From NCBI GenBank assembly GCA_951406725.2, contig OX597823.1:81716001-81780000 (forward strand): 64,000 bases of DNA, given 5' to 3'. The translations under genes and the position numbers were made by a program. Shown here piece by piece: positions 27,586 through 40,225 of the stretch; the first letter of the stretch is position 1; the number at the start of each line of letters is the position of its first letter. A model generated the notes under the pieces. That model had not been told where the DNA came from, made no database searches, and saw only the letters and a program-made list of their open reading frames with translations. Source of the stretch: Octopus vulgaris (Eukaryota).

Positions 27586-27621
<36 letters not shown>

Positions 27622-27623
<2 letters not shown>

Positions 27624-27960
27624 TTTTGCGGTGTGTCTCTCTTGAGATGGCCTACCTAATGCATAGTAATAAGCGTATATTACTTCTTTATACTCTTCTT
27701 GGGTCCATTTGTTCCGCTTACATTTTTCTTTCTGTGGTGGTTGTGGTGGTGAACTTGGAGGGCTCGAGTTGGGGAATTTCCCGTTCAAGTGACCATCCAT
27801 GTCCGTATTCGGAGAAGAGTTTGTGCCAGTTGATGACTTTTCGATCCCAGGCTGGCTCTTCCCTGGGGAACACGCTTCCAGATTAACCATAGGACAAGCG
27901 ATTTGGTATACTGATTTAGTTTTCCTTTTAGTTTCCAAAAACATTTTGGTGCTACGATAA
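27622..27960 (-). mobile_element. R4/Dong-clade ORF N-terminal fragment abutting (AAT)n
   Basis: KRNKWTQEEYKEVIYAYY resembles the N-terminal Myb-like motif of R4/Dong ORFs; breaks off at the (AAT)n tract 27500-27622. Confidence 0.6.
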
Positions 27961-28554
27961 TGTTATCATTTTTGAGCTTTGAGTGGCTTGTGGGGAGACG
28001 GCCATCATTGCTGTTACAAATATAATATTACCATTATAGCAGCTGTAGCCGGCTTATTATTGTTATTATCATCACCATTATTATCACTATTATTATTATC
28101 ACCACTATTACATTCATTATTATCATCATCACCATTACCATCATCATCATCATCATCAATGATATTGTTTTATGTGTAGTCACAGCAGTATCTTATTATT
28201 GTTATTTTTGTTTTTATCATTATCACCATCACAGTACGTTGGCAGTGGGTTGAGTTGTGTGTCTGTCTGTCTCGTTGGCTGGCTGGCTGTCTTCAACGCC
28301 AGAATTCTTGCCTGGCAGATGATACTTTCATATTTGGTTAACATCTAGAGTGAACGTGAGGTTTGTGTTGGCTGAACTCTGTGTCAGGAGAGATCAAACT
28401 TGTTTTTTTTTGAAGAGCAGTTCAGCTTGTTATATTTGTAATTAATGGTAGGAAGAGAAAAAGAGACTATGTATATATATATACCCACACACACATGTAT
28501 ATGTATATGTGTACTCACACACACATATGTATATGTATACTCACACACACATAT

Positions 28555-29380
28555 GTTAGTTAGTTAGTTAGTTAATTTTTGGCTCGAAAAGCAAAAAGCA
28601 AGGCCATGTAGGGGGACATGGAGTTATATACAGGGTGGTGTTCATGTAAAGAGTTCAGGCCACTTGTGGTCAAAGGAGACTTTGAACCGAGCGGTCGTCG
28701 GCATCCTCACCATCTCGTTCAGCAGCTTATTCCACGGATCCGCAACCCAGACGGAGAAAGCCCCTCTCCTTCAATTGAGATGAAATCGTCGCAGATAGAG
28801 CTTTTCGGAATGACACCGCAGCCGATGCTCTGGAAGAACAGCTCTTTCGAGAGGTTACACTTTCTGCTTATGATGTTGTGAGCAAGAATGAGATCACCAT
28901 GGCGTCGTCGTTTTTCTAGAGAATAAAGGTCGAGCGTCTTCAGACTTTCTTCATCAGACAAATTCTTGAGACCAAGAACCCTGCAGGTAGCCAGCTTCTG
29001 GACTCTTTCAAGATGCTGTATGTCTTTGAGGAGATAAGGAGAAGAGGCTTGAATCCCGTACTCCAATATGGGTCTCACCAGCGTGACTTAGAGTGGTAGG
29101 AATATGGCTGCTGTGAGCATTCCGAATAACCGTCGAATCAAGAACAGAACTCCGCATGCTTTGCTGGCAGCATGGACGCACTGGGCCGAAGGCGAAAAGG
29201 AGGAATTCACCAAGATACCCAGGTCCTTTACCTGATCGGTCCTCTCCAGCAGCAGACGACCCGGCTCGAAATCAAGTTGAGTTGCAGGAGGAGAGCCAAC
29301 AGGCAGATGACAGCACTTTGACACGTTCAGACACAGGTCCCATTCGTTAGACCATCTCCAAATTTGGTGGAGGCATCGAC
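28555..29380 (-). mobile_element. 5'-truncated CR1-clade LINE
   Basis: WSNEWDLCLNVSKC..KDLGI..LVRPILEY..LERVQKLAT..LYSLEKRR.GDLI..WNKL; (AACT)n tail at 28555-28575. Confidence 0.9.
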
Positions 29381-29829
29381 TACTCACACACACATATTAT
29401 CTGATATTCACGTTGAATTTCTGAATTCAATTGTATGTATATATTTTTTTTAATTTCTGAAGTCAATCGTTTGTATATATTAGCAGGTGCTTACTTCCAT
29501 AATTTTTTATCGTGCATTTAATTGTGTTGTTACAATAAAAGGCAATTTTACATACTCTGATAATCGAGGAAGAAGGGATGACAAAATGTTCACACAAAAT
29601 TGGAGATGTTTATGTTTATAATTTTTTTGGTAGGTGTTTGTTTGTATGTCCTAAGCTGTAGATATGTAAGTTCCTTAACTTATTTTGAAGGAAATTCAAA
29701 TTACTCACAGAAAACAGTAGATCTTCCAGTTTTTTTACAGTTGTTTTTTTCAGTTGTCCTTCTGGGTTAGCTGCTGGCAGGTCAGAGCAGCGAAAAAATA
29801 CGTCCAGCTTCTGTCACGTCCAGCCGAAA

Positions 29830-30810
29830 AAAAAAAAAAGCGCACGAGTAATTGGCTGATAGGTGGGAGGAGAAACCTCTGCACGGCAAATATGTGGCCC
29901 GTAGCAAACAAGCTGATGTTGACTAGAAGCAAACCCATCAGTGGCTATGAAGCTCAGGGCTAAAAGCAGAGAGCGAAGGTTTCATCCTGGCTGCACAAGA
30001 TCAAAGCCTATTAACCCGGAACTACCAGGCCAATGTGATTAAAAATGGAGCAGACCCAAAATGCCGATTCTGCAACGACATGATTGAAACAGTGGACCAC
30101 CTAATCTCTGGATGTAAAGTCTTAGCACCAGTGGAGTATAAATTAAGACATGATAGAGTTGGCCAATATCTACACTGGCTAATAAGTCGGCATTACAATA
30201 TCAAAACTGCCGACAAGTGGTATAATCACCACCCTGAAGCTGTAACTGAAAGAGAAAATGTAATGATTCTGTGGGACTTTCCAGTACATACAGACCGAAC
30301 CATCAAAGCCAATAAACTGGATATTGTTGTGAAAGACCAAAACAATAAAGTTTGCTTATTGATCGACATGAGCATCCCCTGTGATCATAATATCTCGGTG
30401 AAAGAGTTTGACAAGCTCAGAAAATATAAAGACCTGCTTATTGAAATTGAGAAAATGTGGCATCTCAAGGCGGTTACAATACCAGTGATCGTAGGAGCAC
30501 TAGGAATGATCAAGAAGGGAACCGAAAATTATATGAGAATGATCCCTGGCTTACCATCCCTGCAAGAAGTGCAAAAGATTGTCTTAACTGGTACATCACA
30601 CGTATTGAGAAGAGCATTGTTGATGTGAGAACTTTTACTACCCATGTATTTTAATTTAACTTTAAAAAAAAAAAAATGAACGAACTAGTGAGTTTAGTTT
30701 AATGGCCTACCAATGTATACTATGAGTTTATTTGCCCTAGGAGTCGGGAAGACACTCGGCAAGAAATGGAAGCAAATTTGAAAGAAGAAAAAAAGTTAAC
30801 AATAATAATG

Positions 30811-30841
<31 letters not shown>

Positions 30842-30870
30842 CAACAACAACAACAACAATAATAACAATA
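29830..30870 (+). mobile_element. 5'-truncated R4/Dong retrotransposon: CCHC zinc knuckle and restriction-like endonuclease
   Basis: WEEKPLHGKY..EGFILAAQDQ..CRFC...ETVDHLISGC..RHD..WDFPVHTDRTIKANKLDIVV..IDMSIP..KYKDL..VIVGALG; 3' UTR then (TAA)n/(CAA)n. Confidence 0.92.
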
Positions 30871-30879
30871 AAAGCAGTA

Positions 30880-31385
30880 GCTCTCCTGGCTTCTAATCTT
30901 AACTGATTGGAAGTATTATCATGTACATTGTTTTGTCTTTGTATAAAAGATGGGCTACAGCAAATATTCTGCTCAATACCACAGATTTGCTTGTCAGTTG
31001 TTTGACCTTAACCAGTTGACCATGTCTCTTATTGGCTGACAATATGTGTATCTCTGATCACGAGCAGAAGTAGTTGGGGAGCATCATAGTTGTGTGTTGA
31101 AAGGAATTCTTAGAGGTTTGGATAATTCAGCTTTGGAATCATGGATGGTTCGTAAACAATCCTTATTCAGGGACCTTTCGAGTGGGATGGGCTACTCGAC
31201 CAGAAGAAATTTTTAACTGGGCTCCACCTGCAAGGTCATGCGCTGTTTATCTTGATATAAGATCACCATGTCATGCACATATGGTCGGGATGCATGTGCC
31301 AAGTGTACCCTTATCAGATGGGTAGTCATGATGGGTATACTGGGCTTCATATATTTTACCCCAGTGTCACTTTGATGGCTCTCTC
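30880..31385. mobile_element. Probable interspersed repeat fragment, unclassified
   Basis: Non-coding, sharply bounded by microsatellites; single copy in this window. Confidence 0.3.
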
Positions 31386-31971
31386 ACACAATAATAATAA
31401 TTCTTGCTATTATAGGCACACACGGCCTGAAATTTTGGGGGAGGGGTTAAGTTGATTATATCAACCCCAGTACACAACTGGTACTTAATTTATTGATGCC
31501 AAGTGTTTTGGTGCATAACTTCTGGTCCACCCTGTATAAATTTGCTAAATGGAAGCTGAAAGAAGCTCATCATATATGTATATATATGTGTGTGACAACT
31601 GGTGCAAATATGATAATAATATCATAATATATATAATGAGCAAAACGCCCCCTGTCCTATGGACAGTGCTGAGTTGTCAAACATTTCTCAAAACAACTTG
31701 TCCAACTGTCCCATAGGCCTCCCCTTTGAGAAACACTGATTTAGCCTAAATTTGAGACACCAGCAAAAGGCAAATTTCGACTGATGTACTTGTGTGTACA
31801 AATGCATTTCCCACAGCTTTATCGATCGCATTCTCACCTGTAATCGATTTTTGTAATTTTTTCAAGACTTATACACGCCCTGATACCATCGGTTATCTTC
31901 ATATCAAATTTGAGCGCAATCGGATGGAGGATGCTCGAGATCCTAGAAGCCACACACACAGACAGAACAGA

Positions 31972-32333
31972 CTAGCACTATTACCCAGCAACGCCTGGTC
32001 ATAGTGCTAGTGCATGCATATACAGCTGCATGCATGTGCACATACACGTGAGTACTGTCCAAATCTCCACCCAATCACATACAGCTAGCTGGCATTCAAT
32101 TGGCGTATCAAGTTTTGGGCATTTTGATTGGGTTTTGGATAGAAAATTCACAAAAAAATCACTCCTATTGATTTTTTAATGGCTTTGCGGGGTGACTGGG
32201 GAAATGTAAAGATGTGCACGACCACCCTTGGACGGTTTTGAATAACCATAGAAAGTGCAAGCCCTCTAACTGAAAAATTGTGGATTTGTATAAAGGACAC
32301 ACACACAGACATTTTACTGTTTATATATAGAGA
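31972..32333 (-). mobile_element. Non-autonomous Helitron
   Basis: Minus strand starts A^TCTCTATATATAAA and ends with a hairpin then CTAG^T; adjacent 31740-31970 looks like a second Helitron-like piece. Confidence 0.75.
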
Positions 32334-32499
32334 TACGCTAAGTGTTTTGGTGCATAACTTCTGGTCCACCCTGTATAAATAGTAGTAATAGCACAAATCA
32401 GTGATGAGCTCATTAGTTTTTTTGAGTCCAAGTGAGGGCACTGCTGAGCTGATAGGAGTGTATTGACAATTTCCACCATGAGTAAGAATTATTTTCTCT

Positions 32500-32790
32500 A
32501 CAGTAAACTGCAGTGAAATTGCCTTAGAAGTTAAAATACGTTGCAAACATATTTGAACTAACCTTTGAGCAAACAGCCTTGGAGCAAACAGAATGGAGAT
32601 CATCATGTCAAAATGGTATAAGAAACTTTGTTGCAACCAGCATTAACAGGCTTAGGGGTGCAAGGCAAAGGAGAAAAATGGCTGGAAATATAATGCTTGC
32701 ACTGACCTGTAATCCTCATACTTGCAAATCTTTGCAAATTGTTGGTAGGACACAAATGTCACATTCGACATATGCATTATGACTGACAAA
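32500..32790 (+). mobile_element. Degraded RTE-BovB-like C-terminus
   Basis: FEQTALEQTEWRSSCQNGIRNF...RQRRK..TC..C. Confidence 0.55.
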
Positions 32791-32848
32791 GAAAGCATAG
32801 GTTGTCAGATTCTCATACATTAAAACCAATGGGAGAATCCATTATTAT

Positions 32849-32891
<43 letters not shown>

Positions 32892-33366
32892 TATATATGT
32901 ACATACTTATATGTTCATACTTACACATACAGGACATCAAAAAAACGTTGAACACAATGAAAAACGAAAACATAAAAACAAAAACATAGAAACAAGCTTT
33001 TTTTCCTGAACAACGAAAAAGAACAGAGAAATGAGACATGCAACATATATATATATAATAATAGTAGGGAATATAATTCCAAAACTTACAGAGAAAAATT
33101 TAATTTAACAATTATAAATCAAATTTCACAATATATAATATATGTATTTAATTTAGAGAAAAACTATGTATGAATACAAGTAAGTAATCTTTATCTCCAA
33201 TTTAACATGGCAGTTGGGTTAGAACACAAAATGCTGCTTTATTTATCCTGAGAGGACCTCTCATTTGAACTTGTAGAACAAAAGTATTTTTATGCATCTC
33301 AAGTCCATATGAGAGGCCCTCTCAAGGTAAATATTGTAGTATTTTCTGTTCCATGTTAAGATGGAG

Positions 33367-33480
<114 letters not shown>

Positions 33481-33505
33481 GGATATATGTATACGTATTT
33501 ATATA

Positions 33506-33703
33506 CAGGGTGGCCCAAATGTAGGTTTACAGCTATCATGTAGGCACTTTAAATTTCTTTTAAAACATTTTATTACATCTATATTTTTATCTTACAATTA
33601 ACTAAATTAGCACAGAATAATGGTTTCATATTTTTTTAATAATTAATATATGAATGCAAAAGAGATAGCTTAATAACTGTAAACCTACATTTGGGCCATC
33701 CTG
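33506..33703. mobile_element. Tc1/mariner-type MITE
   Basis: TA|CAGGGTGGCCCAAATGTAGGTTTACAG ... CTGTAAACCTACATTTGGGCCATCCTG|TA; 27-bp TIR, TA TSD. Confidence 0.9.
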
Positions 33704-33779
<76 letters not shown>

Positions 33780-34312
33780 AATATATATATATATATATAT
33801 ATCTCTTATTATAAAAGGCAGATTTTATCTGCCTCCCTTTGGGAGTTATACAAATCTACAATATAGGATTTCTTCAATTACAATTTACCTTGCATTTTTG
33901 AGAGTACAATGCATCGCGTCATGCCAGGTCCAGTTTTTAAAATTTAAACTCCAGTTAAGCAAAATTTACAGAAAACTCACATTCTGGTGTGTGTGTCAAA
34001 TGCTTTTCTTAGTCTGGTTTACAGCACACGCAAACGCACACACACAGTGGGCAACGAATAAAATGAAAGTAATTGACTTACTGTAGTGAGTGATTCTTTC
34101 ACTCTGCCTCCCACTTCCTCTTTCCACACAGACACGCAAATATATAAATAAAATTGTAAGCTAATGTGCGTGTGTGTGAGTGGGTGTGTGTGGGTGTGCG
34201 CGTGTGTGTGTGTGTGAGGGTGCTTGTGTGTGTGTGTGTGTGCGTGTGCGTGAGTGTGTGACAGGAAAGTTTTTTTACGACGAATATAACACCTATATCC
34301 AAGTAGCAGAAA

Positions 34313-34905
34313 GATAAGACAGTAAGGTGTGATTTGAGGGAGATTTGGCTGCTATTTCTACCATGTCTAGCTGCCATGTAGGGGTCTCCCTCATAGGCTC
34401 ATACATACATATATACATAGATAAGACAGTAAGGTGTGATTTGGGGGAAATTTGGCTGCTATTTCTACCAGGTCTAGCTGCCATGTAGGGGTCTCCCTCA
34501 TAGGCTCATACATACATATATACATAGATAAGACAGTAAGGTGTGATTTGGGGGAAATTTGGCTGCTATTTCTACCATGTCTAGCTGCCATGTAGGGGTC
34601 TCCCTCATAGGCTCATACATATATACATAGATAAGACAGTAAGGTGTGATTTGGGGGAAATTTGGCTGCTATTTCTACCAGGTCTAGCTACCATGTAGCT
34701 GCCATGTAGGGGTCTCCCTCATAGGCTCATACATACATATATACATAGATAAGACAGTAAGGTGTGATTTGGGGGAAATTTGGCTGCTATTTCTACCAGG
34801 TCTAGCTACCATGTAGAGGTCCCCCTCATTGGCTCATATATATATACATACATAAGACAGTAAGGTGTGATTTGAGGGAGATTTGGCTGCTGTTTCTACC
34901 AGGTC
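34313..34905. repeat. Tandem array of ~5.5 units of ~107 bp
   Basis: Unit starts (gataagacagtaaggtgtg) at 34313, 34420, 34527, 34630, 34748, 34851. Confidence 0.95.
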
Positions 34906-35269
34906 TGTTAGGCCTTCTCATGTTAACTCAAGCTTTCTCATGCCTTGAACATAAGACCAAAGCAGAGAATGTATTCTTTTATTCTTCTGCTTTTTCCAGC
35001 CATTGGTCTGTGGCCATGCTGGGGCAATGCCTTGAAGAATTGTAGTTTAATGAATCAACTCCAGTTTTATTTTTGTAAGCATTGTACTTATTCTATCTGT
35101 TTCCTTTGTCAAACCACTAGGTGACAGGGATGTAAACAAACCAACATTCGTTGTCAAGCAGTGGTGGAGGACAATCACAAGCACAGACACGCACACACAC
35201 ACACATACATGCATACACATATACACACATACATACATACATATATATATATATGTGTGTATATATATA

Positions 35270-35528
35270 TTGCAGCGTGGAAGGTGTTTGTAAGCCATTT
35301 AAGAAACACACAAAAACCGTTACATTCACTTCAACATTTAAATTTAATTTGCCAAAATATTTTCATCGCTTTGAGACCGCGACCTGTTCACTGACAAAAA
35401 TATCGTGCTAACAGGTCGCGGTCTCAAAGCGACGAAAATATTTTGACAAATTAAATTTAAATGTTGAAGTGAATCTAACGGTTTTTGTGTGTTTCTTAAA
35501 TGGCTTATAAACACCTTCAACGCTGCAA
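35270..35528. repeat. 119-bp-arm inverted repeat with 21-bp spacer
   Basis: 35270-35388 is the reverse complement of 35410-35528 with ~5 mismatches. Confidence 0.92.
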
Positions 35529-35672
35529 CTGTTTTCGTTCCAGCACACGATCTCAGATCAAGTCACTTGCTATGCAAGTACATCTCTGTAACTATATATA
35601 TATGTATATTGGTAAAAACAGCAAGATAACAAAAGAAAGAAAGAGACCTCAATATTATGTAAATAGAGGAAA

Positions 35673-36067
35673 TCTTTATATATAAAAGTGAGGTTGTGTG
35701 TCTGTCTCCTACGATTTAGATTCCTAACTACTCCCACATTTTGCGGTGCAGTTTAACCAAAACCGGGTATCTTATAGTCGTGATTCATATCGAGACCGTC
35801 TGGGTATTAGCGCGCGTCTACGATGAGTCTACGATTTTAAAAACAATTTACCATCAATTTTTCCCATTTTTAATCCATTTTAGACATATATAAGGGAAGT
35901 AACTCTCTAAAATTTATTATTAAATCTCAGAACGTAAAAAGCTACAGTAACACCCCTCCCCCTTTGTGGTTAGCCATATTGAGATGGCTATTATACTTTA
36001 CATCTCTAAAAATGCTTATATAATTATTTCCCTTACAAACCCGAGCAACGCCGGGCGATACTGCTAG
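35673..36067 (+). mobile_element. Non-autonomous Helitron
   Basis: A^TCTTTATATATAAA 5' end; CCCGAGC-AAC-GCCGGG hairpin (36040-36055) followed by CTAG^T; no TSD. Confidence 0.85.
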
Positions 36068-36349
36068 TATATATATATATACACACACATATATATAAAA
36101 TATTAAACAGCAGCATGACAAATAAAGAAATAGAAAATTCATACGCAAGACATGGACATGCCCTTTCCTCATCAGTTACCGTTCAAAAGAGTCATTACAA
36201 TTTCATAATATTCTTCAATTTTGATGGCATTAACAGCAAAAGTGAATATTGAGGACAGGGATGAAGACAAACATGACACATAAACATGAATATACAGAGT
36301 AAATATACAAATATATGTATGTATGTATGTATGTATATATATATATATA

Positions 36350-37100
36350 TAGTTGAAATTTATAGAAAAACAAAAGACGAAGACAGGTGTATTAACAGCA
36401 AGCAGGTGTATTAGTTTGATGCTCAAGAAAATGAAAAATGAAAAAGTCTTTTACATTTCGAGCCTATATTCTTCATCAGAAAGGAATAACAGAAAATAAA
36501 CACAGAGAGAATGAAAATCACTTATAGATTTAGCAGTCAAGCATGGCAACTGATTAGAAAAAGGTTTGAAAGAAGCGGTTGGAAGAAAGGGAGACAATAG
36601 AGTGATTGTGATCCCAATGAAGGTGTGTGTGCATGTGTGTGCATGTGAGAATGGTTTGTGTAAATGTGTGTGTGTGTGTGTGTGTGAATAGGGGCTAGTG
36701 ACTTTGACAAGTCTGGGTGGGTGTGTGTATAAGTGTGTGCATCTGTAATGTGTGGCTGTTCATACAGCGGTATGTGTGGTGATGCTATTGAAGATCGTGT
36801 GTGGGTGCGTGGATGAGGTTGTGTAGGTGTGTGGATGATGGTGTGTGGTGTGGGTGCTAAGAAGTGGTCAGTGCTAGTGTGTGTAGAGTAGTGTGGGGTG
36901 GTAATGTGGGGTAGGGGTGGGGGTAAGGTGTGGGTGTTAGGGTGTGGGTGTTAGGGTGTGGGTGTTAGGGTGTGGGTGTTAGGGTGTGGGTGTTAGGGTG
37001 TGGGTGTTAGGGTGTGGGGTTAGTGTGTAGGATAGAGGTGTCAATGAAGAAAAGAGGTGGGTAGGAATAAAATATGTGTGTGTGTGTATGTGTGAGTGTA
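36350..37100 (-). mobile_element. Longer family E Penelope-like element with hammerhead at 36448-36483
   Basis: Minus strand: CTTT-CTGATGA-A-GAAT-atag-GCTC-GAAA-TG-TA-AAAG, preceded by a CA-rich body. Confidence 0.7.
36927..37023 (+). repeat. 14-bp minisatellite (TTAGGGTGTGGGTG)x6
   Basis: TTAGGG at 36937, 36951, 36965, 36979, 36993, 37007. Confidence 0.9.
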
Positions 37101-37324
37101 TGTCTCCTTGTAATGGCATCAAGGGATGGTTGTAAAGGAATGTCAACATCATACAAATGATGTCGTTAATTTCTAACATTCTGTGAAAAAATGTCTGGCA
37201 ATGGGAGAATTTAACTTTGATTGGAAACAGGGGAGGGCTGGTCACTTGAAGGGCATCTGGTTATTGAAAACCCTTCTCAATGACTTTTCTCCAACCCATG
37301 CAAGTATGGTGAAATAGACATCAG

Positions 37325-37551
37325 CCTTTTAGTATTTCAACTGACCACATCAGGTCTTAATATTCTACCTGTTTTACATTCAAACTGACCAGATCCGACC
37401 TTTCACATCAACACTACAATGTCATTCTCAGAATGGACAATCACATCATCAAAATCGCAACGGTACAAAAATAATACATGTTTAATTAATTTTTTAAAAA
37501 ATGTGAATAATTAAGCATTACTTTTAACAGAGTCGTCTGAATGCTAAAGGG
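37325..37551 (-). mobile_element. piggyBac-type MITE (copy 1)
   Basis: Ends aatgctaaaggg|TTAA; inverted homologue of 60405-60623. Confidence 0.75.
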
Positions 37552-37626
37552 TTAAAATGACAATGGTGATGATGGTGATGATGACAATGCTGCTACTGCT
37601 GCTGCTGATGATGACGATGATTTTGG

Positions 37627-37658
<32 letters not shown>

Positions 37659-38395
37659 CCAACGGTGTTTGTTGGCTATATGTTTATTTTGTATTACTCT
37701 TTGTGTTGTTGGTCGTAATTTACTTCAATTTTAATATTCTGGACTAAAAGCAAACTCTTGTTTTAATTTAACAACATTTCTGATTAATATATTACAAAGT
37801 TGCTGTCACTAATAATTGGTTGTTTACACACATTGATTTAAAACCAACATATGAGAGAAAGTTTTTTTTAAAATATGCAAGTTTTGATTTACAAATTTAT
37901 TTTTTTGCACTTCTTACAAAGTATAACAAGCTCTGTACAAAAATTAAGAGAAACCATTTCAGTTTTTCTTAGAGTGTGTGTGTGTGTGCATGTGTGTGTG
38001 TGTGTGTGTGCATGCGTGTGTATGTGTGCATATGTGTGTGTGTGTAGGGGATGGTGTTGGTAGTGGGGTTGTCTCCTTTATTCCTATTATAGTGGCATGG
38101 GAGGATTGAAAACTGGGAAGTAAGTAGACATGTCTTTTTTTTTCCATTTGTTTCAATCATTTGATTGTGGCCATGCTGGAGCATGACCTTGAAGAATTTT
38201 AGTGGAACGAATCGAGCCAAGTACCTTTTTTTTACCTTTTATACCAGGTTCTTGTTCTATCAGTCTTTTTTACCATGCTGCTAAGTTATGGAGATGTAAA
38301 CACACCAACACCAGTTATCAAGCACTGGTAGGAGACAAACACAGACACAAAGCCACACACACGCACATGCACATGCACACACACATACATGCACA

Positions 38396-38442
<47 letters not shown>

Positions 38443-39337
38443 CTACAGCAGGGTTCTTTCAGGTTCTGTCAAACAAATCCACTAACAAGGCTTTGGTTGG
38501 TGGCCCAAGGCTATAGTAAAAGGCACTTGTATGAGGTGGGATTGAACCCAGAGCCATGTGACTGAAATGCAAGCTTCTTCCTACACAACCACACCTGCAC
38601 CCACGATTTAATAAAATGAAAAAATTTTAGACATGTGAAGTTGAAGATAGAAGATTTATTTGGATGCAAATACCATTTTGTCTTCCTGTTAATAAAGATA
38701 TGTGGAGAATGCTAATAACTTTACTAATTTATGCCTGAGGAAGATCTGGCATGTGTCAGACTGAGAAACACTGCCTAAAATATTCATTTAGAGATTGTTT
38801 CTTTTTTGATATAAATGTTTATATAAGCACAGTTGTATGATTAAGGAGTTCGCTTTGGAACCACATGGTAAGTGGCTTGCTCCCTTTGTATGGATATTCC
38901 TTTCTATTCAAGGCACAAGACCCAAAATTTTTTGTGGAGGGAGGCCAGTCAATTAGATTGATCCCAGTACACAACTGGTACTTAATTTATCAAACCCAAA
39001 AGGATGAAAGGTAAAGTCGACCTCAGTGGAATTTGAACTCAGAACCTAAAGACAGACGAAATACCGCTAAGCATTTTGCCTGGCATGCTAACGTTTCTGC
39101 CAGCTCACCGCCTTCCTCTGTATGGATATTATGGAAGCTAAAGTTCTATACTATAGCTGCAGGTTGACCATTATTTTTTGCATGAAAATGCAAGATGGAA
39201 ACTGAACCAGTCTTTTGCATGTGTGTATGTTTATGACTCTTCTATTTTTTAATTATTATAACTCTTCCACTGAAGAGGGAGCCGGTTTCCAACGGACATA
39301 CAAGGCTCCATCTTTGGGATGTAGTTAACACAGACAA

Positions 39338-39368
<31 letters not shown>

Positions 39369-39494
39369 TGTATGTATGTATGTATGTATGTATGTATGTA
39401 TGTATGTATGTATGTATGTATGTATGTATGCATGTATGAAAAACAAAACTCCATGAACAACCCAGCCTATCTATAACTATCTATAAGTGTATAC

Positions 39495-39690
39495 CTGTCA
39501 ATGCCTTGTGTGCCATAAGATCTGCAAATCTAACGGAGGCCTCAAAAGACATCTTAAGATCCACAAAACTCAGAACTTCACTGCAGCTCTTGGTGGTACA
39601 AAGCTGGTATGCAATTTATGTGGGTGTTTTTCAAAACAGTGTCTGGTTTAAAAAGCCACATCAGACACCATGTTAGATATAAGGTGGGAG
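39495..39690 (+). mobile_element. Two decayed C2H2 zinc fingers, probably an RTE ORF C-terminus
   Basis: CLVCHKICKSNGGLKRHLKIH, then (frameshifted) CNLCG..KTVSGLKSHIRHH; no TGEKP linker. Confidence 0.5.
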
Positions 39691-39789
39691 TACAAGAAGT
39701 GGGCAGACTCTGTATAAGAAGTAGACAACCACCATGTATGTATGTAGTTTTGGTAATGCAAACAGGAAAATAGAACTCAAAATATGAGT

Positions 39790-40225
39790 ATTTAAATTTT
39801 TTATTTTATTCAGCAGAAGTAAAAAAGTAAGCCATTGGTACTTATCAAACTTTTCTAGATGCCAATATGCACAAAACTCTTGTCCCTTGAGACGCTTAGT
39901 ACCATTTACCAATTGAACACTTGGATTGTCCTTGTAACCATTCTTTACCCTCTTGATTTGGTCCTCAGTGGTCACAATTATGCAGGCCAAATGAGCCTTA
40001 CTTTGAGACGCAGAGTCACACAGCATAAAGAACAGATTCGCTTCCCTCAGGCAGATAGCACTGAGTGGACATATCGACAGATGCACAAGTAATAAAATGC
40101 CAAATTTTCATATTTTCCTATTATACCTATGCAAAGATTCAATCTCAGTACAAGAACGTCTAAACAAGGAAAACCTGTTCATACAAAAGTACAGACCACA
40201 CCTCAATATGCAAATTTGACCATTT
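39790..40225 (+). mobile_element. Penelope-like GIY-YIG remnant
   Basis: GHNYAGQMSLTLRRRVTQHKEQIR ... ERLNKENLFIQKYRPHLN. Confidence 0.75.

Noticed and set aside
30035-30628. Stand-alone 197-aa nuclease gene
   Set aside because: It is the C-terminus of a 5'-truncated R4/Dong ORF; upstream homologous sequence contains stops.
34313-34905. CRISPR array
   Set aside because: Whole units are repeated; there are no unique spacers.
39495-39690. Host C2H2 zinc-finger gene
   Set aside because: Frameshifted, only two fingers, no canonical linker; fits an RTE C-terminus better.
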